Of a stretch of DNA of 49,677 nt, positions 9,523 through 18,487 are shown piece after piece. The first letter of the stretch is position 1. Every line of letters begins with the position of its first letter. Origin of the DNA: Chitinophagaceae bacterium (lineage in GTDB: Bacteria; Bacteroidota; Bacteroidia; Chitinophagales; Chitinophagaceae); the NCBI GenBank assembly GCA_036005825.1, contig DASYQG010000691.1, forward strand, positions 1 through 49,677. The letters run 5' to 3'. Both the position numbers and the translations under genes were made by a program. The notes beneath the pieces are model-generated. The model searched no databases and was not told the DNA's origin. It was given only the letters and a program-made list of their open reading frames with translations.

Positions 9523-12500
9523 ATGAACTATCGAATCATCAATATTATTCTAATTTGTATCGGTCTTACTAGTGAAGGCCAGGAAATTGATGAAAAGAAT
9601 TTTATTCTCTATACCACAAAAGATGGCCTTTCTCACAACTACACCAGCGTTATCACACAAGATCAATATGGATATATTTGGGTGGCCACTTATAAAGGAT
9701 TGAATCGGTTTGATGGAACTTCGTTCACACAGTTTTATTCTGATAGCGGTATTAACAGCTTACCTCAGAATTTATTATTAAAGCTAAAATGGCTTGATAA
9801 AAAACAATTAGCTGTTCCAACTTTTTCAGGTCTCCATATTATCAATGTTGAAAATCTGCAGGCCCGAAATCTGATCGTACCTCCAGACCCAATTCATAGG
9901 TCTTATATGGTCAACAACGTTCGCGACGTATCATCCGATAGAAACGGAAATATTTTCATTATAACCACGTCAGGCTTTTACCATTTTAACAAGGAGCAAT
10001 TGGTATTCCGGTTTGATTATTTCTCCAAAATTCAATCAACAAAAATTTCTGCATTCGGTTGGAACATAAATCGACTAGACGATAGCACCTTATTGTTATC
10101 TACTTTCGATGGGCCATACCTTTACAATAGTACCCGCAAAGATCTACACCCGGTCAATAATTCTGACAATCCCTTTTATCAAAAGATAGCTGAACAAAGA
10201 GCGTTAATGACGGGGTTAAAAGATATGGAATACGCCACGAATGTGATAGTCCCTGGTGAAAATTCATTTTCACTTTTTAATATTCCTGCAAAAAAAGACT
10301 ACTCTATAAAAGCTCCTTTTAAGATAGCAGACAATTTCGCAGGAGATGAAAGAGCAACTTTTATGCATCTCAATGATACTTCATACATCCTTAATACTAA
10401 AAAAAATGGTTTTTATCTGATTCATTATAGCAAGACAGAAAACAAATACGAGTTTATACCAAAACTTTTTTTTGATGGTTATGTATGCAATTCTTTTCTT
10501 AAAGACGCGAATAACCGCTTGTGGATAGCCACTAATAAAGGCTTGTTCAGAGAGAAAAGATCGACAGGAAAAATAGTTCAAACAAAACTTAACGAGAGTG
10601 ATCAGAAAGAATTATCAATACACTCAATGGTCCTTTCAAATAATAAACTATTTGCCGGTACGGATAATGGATTGTGGATCGTAGAAGCAGACAGCTTAAA
10701 AAAGATCAAAAGAATCGATCTTTCAAATGAAGGAGGATATGCTAATATATTTCTATGCGCAGCAGCCAGTAAAGATACTTTGTTCACCGGGGTGGGTGGT
10801 TTCTGGATTAACACAAAAAACTTTGCATATGGAAAAATTATTTCAAACCAGGTGGATACAGCATTTGATGGGATTGACCTTGTATTCCATGGTTTTCACA
10901 ATAATACATACTTAAAAAAGGAATTAAAAAATGTATTTTATTATCGGGGTGCTGATGGTCAATTCAAAATTTTAGACTATAGAAAACAATTAGCACGGGT
11001 AGGGCTGATCAATACCATGGCGGAGGACCCCCAGGGAAACATTTGGTTTGGAGGTTGGACGCTTATTCGTTACAATAGGAGACTTCAACAATTTGATACC
11101 ATGCTAAATTCGCTTCCCACAATCAACCGAGCTGGCATTTCACTCTCAAGCAATGTTGCATTTGATAAAAAAGGTTGCATCTATTTCGGCACTTCGGAAA
11201 ATGGATTAATTATTTATGACCAGGCTTCAAAAAAAATTACTCACCTCACCAGAAAAGAAGGCTTGCCTGATAATACGATCAGGGCCGTCTGCTATCATGA
11301 CAATAAAATTTGGCTGGGAACGGAAAGTGGCCTTGCTAACTATGATATCGCTACGAAAAGAATTTCATCATTCGGAATTGCCGATGGAATACCAACTGAT
11401 CCGATGGCTACCTATCTCCTTTCCTATGATTCTACCAGCCAACAATTATATGGCGCATTCAGAAATATAATTTATCATTTCAATCCTGATAAGTTGACAA
11501 AAAATGATTCTCCGCCTAAATTTCTTATTGAAAATCTTATAATAGCTGGAAAAGAAACAATTTATCATCCTATCGCAAGTATTGATCTTTCTTACAAAGA
11601 GAATAACGTAGTAGTCAATTTAAACTCGATTAATTTTGAAGATGCTTATCAGCAGCAATTTGCATATCGCTTGTTAAAAACAGGATCTGAGCCCTGGCAG
11701 GAAATAGGTTCGCAACGAAGTATTATTTTTAGTGATTTGTCACCGGGAACACATAAACTGCAAGTTAAAGTTTATACGAGAAGCCAAAATTGGCCTGAAC
11801 AATTAAAAGATATCTCCATTATTATCCACCCGCCTTTTTGGAAAACGACATGGTTTGGAACATTTGCAGCTATTTCATTATTTACTCTGTTATACTTGTT
11901 TTATCGTTTGCGTATTCGACATATCCGTCAGAAAGCAGAAGTCGACAAAGCATTGGCTCAAACCGAAATGAAGGCACTGCATGCACAAATGAATCCCCAC
12001 TTTATTTTTAATTGCCTGAATAGTATTCGTGAAATGATCCTCAACAATGAAAACAAACAAGCATCCCACTACCTGAACAAGTTCGCCCACTTGATACGTA
12101 TAACTTTAAATCAATCTTCAAAACCATTTGTCAGTTTACAGAATACGATCGATTACCTGCAACGCTATTTAGAAATGGAGAAGATCAGGGCTTCGAATTT
12201 TACTCATTCGATCGAAGTAGACAGATCATTGAACCAGGATGAAATCTTATTACCGCCAATGCTGATACAACCATTAATAGAAAATGCGATCTGGCATGGG
12301 GTCACCTCCCTTGATCAGCCTATGAAAATAGATATTCACTTTAAAAAAGATCAACAGCAATTACTTTGTGTAATTGAAGATGATGGCATTGGCATTGAAA
12401 GATCACTAAAGCAAAAAGAAGCTCAGCTAGGACACCAATCAGTAGGCATTGAAAATATAAAACAACGAATAAGAGTATTGAATGAAAAGTATAATCTGCA

Positions 12501-12600
12501 AAGCACTATTAGCATTGAAGATAAATCTGATTTGATCCCGCAGAATGGAACTGGTACGATTGTAAAACTTCGTTTACCAATTAAAAACGCCATTGTATGA
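9523..12600 (+). CDS. sensor histidine kinase: periplasmic two-component-regulator propeller repeats + Y_Y_Y domain, TM helix, LytS/YehU-type kinase core
   Basis: Repeated YGYIWVATYKGL / NRLWIATNKGL / NKIWLGTESGL propeller motifs. Y_Y_Y-like FAYRLLKTGSEPWQEIG...LSPGTHKLQVKV. TM segment TTWFGTFAAISLFTLLYLFY. His_kinase motif HAQMNPHFIFNCLNSI. ATPase block DDGIGI. Confidence 0.9.
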   Translation: MNYRIINIILICIGLTSEGQEIDEKNFILYTTKDGLSHNYTSVITQDQYGYIWVATYKGLNRFDGTSFTQFYSDSGINSLPQNLLLKLKWLDKKQLAVPTFSGLHIINVENLQARNLIVPPDPIHRSYMVNNVRDVSSDRNGNIFIITTSGFYHFNKEQLVFRFDYFSKIQSTKISAFGWNINRLDDSTLLLSTFDGPYLYNSTRKDLHPVNNSDNPFYQKIAEQRALMTGLKDMEYATNVIVPGENSFSLFNIPAKKDYSIKAPFKIADNFAGDERATFMHLNDTSYILNTKKNGFYLIHYSKTENKYEFIPKLFFDGYVCNSFLKDANNRLWIATNKGLFREKRSTGKIVQTKLNESDQKELSIHSMVLSNNKLFAGTDNGLWIVEADSLKKIKRIDLSNEGGYANIFLCAAASKDTLFTGVGGFWINTKNFAYGKIISNQVDTAFDGIDLVFHGFHNNTYLKKELKNVFYYRGADGQFKILDYRKQLARVGLINTMAEDPQGNIWFGGWTLIRYNRRLQQFDTMLNSLPTINRAGISLSSNVAFDKKGCIYFGTSENGLIIYDQASKKITHLTRKEGLPDNTIRAVCYHDNKIWLGTESGLANYDIATKRISSFGIADGIPTDPMATYLLSYDSTSQQLYGAFRNIIYHFNPDKLTKNDSPPKFLIENLIIAGKETIYHPIASIDLSYKENNVVVNLNSINFEDAYQQQFAYRLLKTGSEPWQEIGSQRSIIFSDLSPGTHKLQVKVYTRSQNWPEQLKDISIIIHPPFWKTTWFGTFAAISLFTLLYLFYRLRIRHIRQKAEVDKALAQTEMKALHAQMNPHFIFNCLNSIREMILNNENKQASHYLNKFAHLIRITLNQSSKPFVSLQNTIDYLQRYLEMEKIRASNFTHSIEVDRSLNQDEILLPPMLIQPLIENAIWHGVTSLDQPMKIDIHFKKDQQQLLCVIEDDGIGIERSLKQKEAQLGHQSVGIENIKQRIRVLNEKYNLQSTISIEDKSDLIPQNGTGTIVKLRLPIKNAIV

Positions 12601-13367
12601 TAACCTCAATTCGTACAATATTAGTTGACGATGAACCCCGCGGGCTTACGTCGATGGAAAAATTATTAGAAATGAATTGCCCCGATATTGCTATTGTTGC
12701 AAGCTGCAACAATGTTGATACGGCCATTGAAAAGATCACCGAACTTGATCCTGATCTTATCTTTTTAGATATAGCCATGCCGGTAAAGAATGGTTTTGAC
12801 CTGCTTAAAGAAATAAAGGAACCCCGGTTTGAAGTAATATTTATTACTGCCTACAATCAATTTACTATCGAAGCATTTCATTTCAGCGCTACAGATTATT
12901 TGGTAAAACCAGTAGATGATGAATTGTTGATAAACGCAGTGAACAGGGCGAAAAAAAGAATCGCGGAAAAATCGGGCAGCAAAAACATTGAGACCTTACT
13001 TCACAACCTGCAACAAAAACAAACACCCAGTAAGTTAAAGTTGTGTCTCCCATCGATGAAGGGTTTCCAGGTGGCCGAACTCAATGATATCCTTTATGCA
13101 GAATCTTCGGGCAACTATACCAATTTTCATTTTACGAATCAGCACCCCATCTGCACTTCAAAACCAATACACGAATATGAAGAATTATTGGCCGATGCGG
13201 GTTTTGTTCGTATTCATAAATCCTGTATTGTAAACCTTCTCCATGTAAAAGAATATTTGCGCGGGGATGGCGGAACAGTTATTCTTTCGAACGGCCATGA
13301 AGTAGAAGTGGCAAGAAGAAAAAAAGATATTTTCCTTAGCCGGATGAAGGAATTTTATAAATTCTGA
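12597..13367 (+). CDS. LytTR-family response regulator
   Basis: Receiver domain (ILVDDEP...DLIFLDIAMP) plus a C-terminal LytTR DNA-binding domain (FVRIHKSCIVNL). The start overlaps the kinase stop in an ATGA (12597-12600), which implies co-transcription. Confidence 0.9.
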   Translation: MITSIRTILVDDEPRGLTSMEKLLEMNCPDIAIVASCNNVDTAIEKITELDPDLIFLDIAMPVKNGFDLLKEIKEPRFEVIFITAYNQFTIEAFHFSATDYLVKPVDDELLINAVNRAKKRIAEKSGSKNIETLLHNLQQKQTPSKLKLCLPSMKGFQVAELNDILYAESSGNYTNFHFTNQHPICTSKPIHEYEELLADAGFVRIHKSCIVNLLHVKEYLRGDGGTVILSNGHEVEVARRKKDIFLSRMKEFYKF

Positions 13368-13369
13368 AT

Positions 13370-14164
13370 TCAAATACTTATCTCTCCCTGCATATAGAAC
13401 ACGCATTGCCCCGACATAGTTACTCTATCACCCCACCATTTACATTCAAGTTCTCCTCCTCTTTGTGAAAGTTGTTTTGCAAACATTTTCTTTTTATTTA
13501 GCTTCTCTGCCCAAAATGGAATTAGCTGTGAATGAGCTGAACCCGTTACAGGATCTTCATCTATGCCAGCAGTCGGCGCAAAAAATCTTGAAACAAAATC
13601 AACACCATTAGTTCCCGGCGCTGTAATGATCACTTTATAACCCGTTTCTTTTAACAATGAAAAATCGGGGGCGCATTTTTTTACCTGATCTTCGTTTTGC
13701 AGTTCGACTAAAATATCACGCTTCTTATAAACACCAACAACCTCATTGACCTTTAATGCTTTTAAGAGCTCATCCGGATAATCAATTAAACGTTCAGGCT
13801 TCCATGACGGAAAATCCATATGCAATACATCACCACGTTTTTCTACTGATAATTTCCCGCTCTTACAATTAAAATGTATTGTACCGTTCTTAAAATCCAT
13901 TTTATTAAAAATGATCCATGCAGTTCCCAAAGTAGCGTGGCCGCAAAGATTTACTTCGATGCCGGGTGTGAACCAACGAAGCTCAAAATCAATTCCCGAC
14001 TGTGTAGAGGGAACAAAAAAAGCTGTTTCACTTAAATTATTTTCCATTGCAATTGTCTGCATAAGTTCTGGATCGAGCCATTTTTCCAGTGGAATAACCG
14101 CGGCAGGATTACCCTGAAATAGTTTATTAGTAAAGGCGTCGAGCTGGTAAATGGTGAGTTGCAC
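13370..14164 (-). CDS. PhzF-family isomerase
   Basis: N-terminus LTIYQLDAFTNKLFQGNPAAVIPL and internal LCGHATLG and DPVTGSAH motifs are typical of the PhzF family. Confidence 0.85.
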   Translation of the reverse strand: MQLTIYQLDAFTNKLFQGNPAAVIPLEKWLDPELMQTIAMENNLSETAFFVPSTQSGIDFELRWFTPGIEVNLCGHATLGTAWIIFNKMDFKNGTIHFNCKSGKLSVEKRGDVLHMDFPSWKPERLIDYPDELLKALKVNEVVGVYKKRDILVELQNEDQVKKCAPDFSLLKETGYKVIITAPGTNGVDFVSRFFAPTAGIDEDPVTGSAHSQLIPFWAEKLNKKKMFAKQLSQRGGELECKWWGDRVTMSGQCVFYMQGEISI

Positions 14165-14170
14165 GGTCGT

Positions 14171-16438
14171 TTATTTTTTTCGTAAAACAATTTTGGCCTG
14201 GCTGAATTTATAGGCTGCCTCAAGAAAAGCAACATAATTTGGCCACATTTCTTTTTTATCAAAATTCTTTTTGTAAACTTTTTTGGTAGTGATGATCAAC
14301 TTTTCATTTTCCACTTTGCTATCAGCCACAAATGAACCGCTTTCATTGTCGATACTGAATTTCAGGTCCTGCAATCCATCCGCAGTATAGCCCGCAGGGA
14401 TATTTATCGTAATATTATTTTCGATCGTTCTTGCAAATGGCAACCAAATATCCGATTGCCTTGTTGTAAGCTCCGTTTGTTCCAATTTTATTTGCCCACC
14501 TAGCAATTTACCTACTTCAAACACATAATTCCTGCCAGCTTTTGACAATAATTTTTTTAACGTGAATCGCTCCTTGTACTGCAGCATAGCCGTATCACCA
14601 TAACGGCCATCTTTTAACAATTCAAAATTTTCGTATTTATCAAGATCAAATTCTCCTTTCACATCAGTTTCATACATTTCTGTTCTTTTCTTTTTCCTGT
14701 CCTCTTTATCAGGATCATCATACTTTGTATTGGCGCTGGTTATCTCTATTACTTCATCTTCCTTTTTCTTTTTGCCTTTATCTTTTTGCTGATCCACAAA
14801 ATATTTCTGGAAATCGACGTTCAAATAATCGCGGTCAAAATTTGCCTGGCTGATCCGATCAGTTTTTTCGTAACCTAAATAAGAACTTGTTCTTTCTACC
14901 TTTATCACTTCCATACTTTCTGGAAAATTTACAGTGTATTCCTGCCGATCAAGATTGTCATTAAAATTTGTAACAGGTCCGGGAGTACGATAATATTGAT
15001 TTGCTTCGGTATAACCAATGCTATATCCTTCCACTGCTTCCAAATATTCATAAGGTGCAGCGAATGCATCGAAATTGTTGAAGGCTTCAAAATAATAATT
15101 TCTTTTCCTGGTTTTTATTTTCATTACAAAATCCAATTCTTCAAGGAACAATGCATCTCTCCATGCTCCTAGTTTTCTTGGCATGTAAACAAACATTTCG
15201 GCAGGAATTCCCTGGGCACCTAATGCCATGCGAAATGCAGTTGCAAATACTACATTGTTCATCCTTATTTCATCTTCTCTCTCTTCTTTTTTTACTTCTC
15301 CCTTTTTTTCCTGCTCCAATACTTTCTTATAAAGCTTTTTTCCCGTCATCGCTTTTTCCAATTCCGAATGCACGGGCCCGCGATAATACATTTCAAGAAA
15401 AACTTTTCGCAGGCAATAATAAGTTTCACGAATGATATCATCATCTGTTTTTAATACGCCATCAGTTCTTTTTTTTGTGATATACTCCGTTGTATAAGCA
15501 ACCAATGAATTGCCGGTAGTTGTTTTATAAAATGCAGCTCCTGCAAATCGCTTATACATATCTTCGAGGTCAAGAAAAGAACGATCGACATAAGCCATGC
15601 CTAATGATTTTGAATCGGGATCATTATCAGCCAGCATGATAACACGAAACTTGATACTTGGCGTATTTCTCAATTCATAATTCCATCTTTCCTCAATTGT
15701 TTTTTCGCGGTCCTTATCTTGTAAATAGTAGGCCACATAAGAAAGGTCGTCTCCAAAGATCGAAGCCTTAGTATCCATCTTCAAATTTGGCGCCCCATTA
15801 AATGCTTTGAATCTTACTTTCATTCCATCGACCAATGTAAACCGGTATTGCTGGTAAAGTGTAGGATAATTATTTGCCAATGAGAAAATAAAGGGAGTAA
15901 AAGCAATCCCTTCTGACCGCATGTCCCAATCGAAGGTGCTTCGGATATTGTAATCAATAATATCCCCCACTTCAAGATCAGGGATGGCGATCTTTAAAAA
16001 TTTTATTCCCAGTTTATAGTAGATCGGCTTATAGATGGAAGGAATATCTTTTTCTTCTTCAATTGCACTCTTCATATCAATATCTACCTGCTTTCCATCA
16101 GCCTTTATCACTTTATATTCTGCTTTTCCGTCTTTTCCCATCGTGACATAATAAAAAGTGGAAAATTTCTCCAATGCATTTTTATCCTGCAGTTTAATTC
16201 TTTTGTGTATGTACTCACGAATGCGGACTATTGATGTAAATTTTCTTCCTGATACAAGACGACTAAATAGATATTCTGTTTTTTGCCCAACGATCACAGC
16301 ACTTTCATTCTTCCACTTATCGGGAATTGCGGTTACTTCAAATTCTTTTTCTATTTTATCACCCAAAACCGGCTGCTGCGAACAAACGCCTATAGAAATA
16401 AGTAAAAGTAGTCCTGCAAAACTCAGCTGTATGCTCAT
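14171..16438 (-). CDS. DUF3857/DUF3858-type secreted protein with a degenerate (apparently non-catalytic) transglutaminase-like core
   Basis: Signal peptide present. Overall architecture parallels the neighbouring 16473..18401 protein. The core region NNVVFATAFRMALGAQGIPAEMFVY lacks the Cys seen in the neighbour (GDCKGKANLLKEMLIVAGFDARL). There is a Lys/Glu-rich insert (KDKGKKKKEDE...KEDRKKKR). Confidence 0.7.
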   Translation of the reverse strand: MSIQLSFAGLLLLISIGVCSQQPVLGDKIEKEFEVTAIPDKWKNESAVIVGQKTEYLFSRLVSGRKFTSIVRIREYIHKRIKLQDKNALEKFSTFYYVTMGKDGKAEYKVIKADGKQVDIDMKSAIEEEKDIPSIYKPIYYKLGIKFLKIAIPDLEVGDIIDYNIRSTFDWDMRSEGIAFTPFIFSLANNYPTLYQQYRFTLVDGMKVRFKAFNGAPNLKMDTKASIFGDDLSYVAYYLQDKDREKTIEERWNYELRNTPSIKFRVIMLADNDPDSKSLGMAYVDRSFLDLEDMYKRFAGAAFYKTTTGNSLVAYTTEYITKKRTDGVLKTDDDIIRETYYCLRKVFLEMYYRGPVHSELEKAMTGKKLYKKVLEQEKKGEVKKEEREDEIRMNNVVFATAFRMALGAQGIPAEMFVYMPRKLGAWRDALFLEELDFVMKIKTRKRNYYFEAFNNFDAFAAPYEYLEAVEGYSIGYTEANQYYRTPGPVTNFNDNLDRQEYTVNFPESMEVIKVERTSSYLGYEKTDRISQANFDRDYLNVDFQKYFVDQQKDKGKKKKEDEVIEITSANTKYDDPDKEDRKKKRTEMYETDVKGEFDLDKYENFELLKDGRYGDTAMLQYKERFTLKKLLSKAGRNYVFEVGKLLGGQIKLEQTELTTRQSDIWLPFARTIENNITINIPAGYTADGLQDLKFSIDNESGSFVADSKVENEKLIITTKKVYKKNFDKKEMWPNYVAFLEAAYKFSQAKIVLRKK

Positions 16439-16472
16439 TAGAAAAAATTTTATTAGTAGCTTGTTAGAATAG

Positions 16473-18401
16473 TTATTTGTTTTTTACCAGTACTACCTGG
16501 TCATTATAAAATGTATTGATCTCTTTGATGAATTTATTCCAGGCTTCAAATTCTGATTTTAATAACACAGGTTTATTAATAACGATCAGTTTTTTATACA
16601 AAATGCTTTTCCCTTTGTTAGTATAAGATCCTTCAAAAGAATATTGAGAAGTGGATTTCTTAAAAGCAGCAGGCAAATAATCCACTTTATACCCTTCAGG
16701 GATCATCAGCTCAGTTTGTACATCAAGATAGTATTTGTTGTTGAATTCATAATCATTCTTACGTTTATCATCAAACTCAAGCGAAGAAAATTCTTTATTC
16801 CAATCCATAATTATATACAATTCATTGCCTGCTTTTGTCAGTTGATTGTTTGCTTTAAAATCAAAACTTACTTCCAACGGTTTTTGTCTTTCCTTAAAAT
16901 CAGGCTCTTTTACATTTGACAAAATAAGATTGTCATCACCGTGCCGGAGAAAAGATGATAATGCATCTTTCTTCTTGTCGTTACGAATAGATGTGTACAC
17001 ACCCTGTAACATTGCTTTTGATTCACCATTGTATTCTACATGAGTTGTCCCTTTTAAAGTGTCAGCACCAATACTGATAGTGGTAACTGTTTTCAATTTA
17101 TTTCTCTCTGCAGAAAAATCAGGTATCTTATCAATGATATAGTTTTTCCCATCCTCGATCAGTACTTGCTTGCCTTGTATGCGTTGCGCATAATCATTCA
17201 ATGCAATAAAATTTTCAGTGCCATCGAGGAAATATCTTTTACCTCCGGCGATCACCGTACATATCATATGATTGTCCACTGCTAATGAGGGGATGGTATA
17301 ATCATATGGGAGATCGGAAGTGCCTATCCATGTTAACCGGGCATCAAAGCCCGCTACTATTAGCATTTCTTTCAAAAGGTTTGCCTTGCCTTTGCAATCG
17401 CCATATTTTTTCTTTAAAACATTTTGTGCAGCATCGGGCTTAAATCCCATGATGCCGTCTTCAAAAGCGATATAGCGAATATTATCCTGCACCCAATAAA
17501 AAATAGATTCGATCTTTTCGAGATCTGTTTTCTTACCAGCCATCAATTCATTCACCTGTCCTTTTAATGTTGTTGCGTCATTACCTGTGCTATCACAAAT
17601 ACTGCGATACCATGCATACAGATCTTTTACTGATTCAAACAATACATGGCGTTGACCGTTTTCGGTATAAGCTTTACTTATAGTGATGACATGAGGATAA
17701 CTCAATGCATGATTTGGAGCTGAAGTTTCACTGGTGTATGCCTGTACATCTTTCAATTTATAGATAACCTTGCTGATGTCGCCATCTTTTGCCGTACTTT
17801 TTTCAATGCCATGATTTGAAAAATTAAACTCACGAAAATCCAGTTCCAACCAGGAAGGAATTCTGAATTCAACAATTCTTTCTACTGAGGGAAACGATTC
17901 ATGGAAATACTGCGAAGTAAGATATTTGACATCATGATAATTTTCCTCATAAGAATAAAGAAACGCTTTTCCTTTTTCTTCTGTTGCAAATTTTATGGTG
18001 CAAAGCTTTGAATCATCATGAAAAATGTCTTCGCTTTGATAAGAACCACAAAGTTTTTGCAATAGTACTTCCTTGCCTTTTGGGTTAACTGCTTTTACAT
18101 TATCGATCGAAACTTGCTGATTATAAAACAAACCATCGTCAAAAGCTTTGAAATCTTTGGTGGGCACAATAGTTATTTCATTCCTTACTAAAACACTTAC
18201 TTTGGCAAACCCGGGCTTTGGATTAGCATTTAATGCAAAGCTGATGATCGTTTTATAGTTTGCAGCGACAAACTCTTCTTCAGGAAATTTTGATTTCCAT
18301 GCACTGAGTTGGGATGAATAATCAGTTTGCGAAAAAGAAATAATGGAAATAAATGAAAATAAAGTAATTGTTAGTGTACGACCCATATTCTTTGTCCTCA
18401 T
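16473..18401 (-). CDS. DUF3857 + transglutaminase-like cysteine protease-fold protein
   Basis: Signal peptide present. A Cys-His-Asp type core is recognisable: YGDCKGKANLL, DNHMICTV, YFLDGTE. Confidence 0.8.
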   Translation of the reverse strand: MRTKNMGRTLTITLFSFISIISFSQTDYSSQLSAWKSKFPEEEFVAANYKTIISFALNANPKPGFAKVSVLVRNEITIVPTKDFKAFDDGLFYNQQVSIDNVKAVNPKGKEVLLQKLCGSYQSEDIFHDDSKLCTIKFATEEKGKAFLYSYEENYHDVKYLTSQYFHESFPSVERIVEFRIPSWLELDFREFNFSNHGIEKSTAKDGDISKVIYKLKDVQAYTSETSAPNHALSYPHVITISKAYTENGQRHVLFESVKDLYAWYRSICDSTGNDATTLKGQVNELMAGKKTDLEKIESIFYWVQDNIRYIAFEDGIMGFKPDAAQNVLKKKYGDCKGKANLLKEMLIVAGFDARLTWIGTSDLPYDYTIPSLAVDNHMICTVIAGGKRYFLDGTENFIALNDYAQRIQGKQVLIEDGKNYIIDKIPDFSAERNKLKTVTTISIGADTLKGTTHVEYNGESKAMLQGVYTSIRNDKKKDALSSFLRHGDDNLILSNVKEPDFKERQKPLEVSFDFKANNQLTKAGNELYIIMDWNKEFSSLEFDDKRKNDYEFNNKYYLDVQTELMIPEGYKVDYLPAAFKKSTSQYSFEGSYTNKGKSILYKKLIVINKPVLLKSEFEAWNKFIKEINTFYNDQVVLVKNK

Positions 18402-18487
18402 AAGCGGCTTGTTTGGTAATGGTAATTACTGCTAATCTAAAAAAACCCCTTCTTACTGCAAACTAATTGTGGAAACTTTTAACGACT

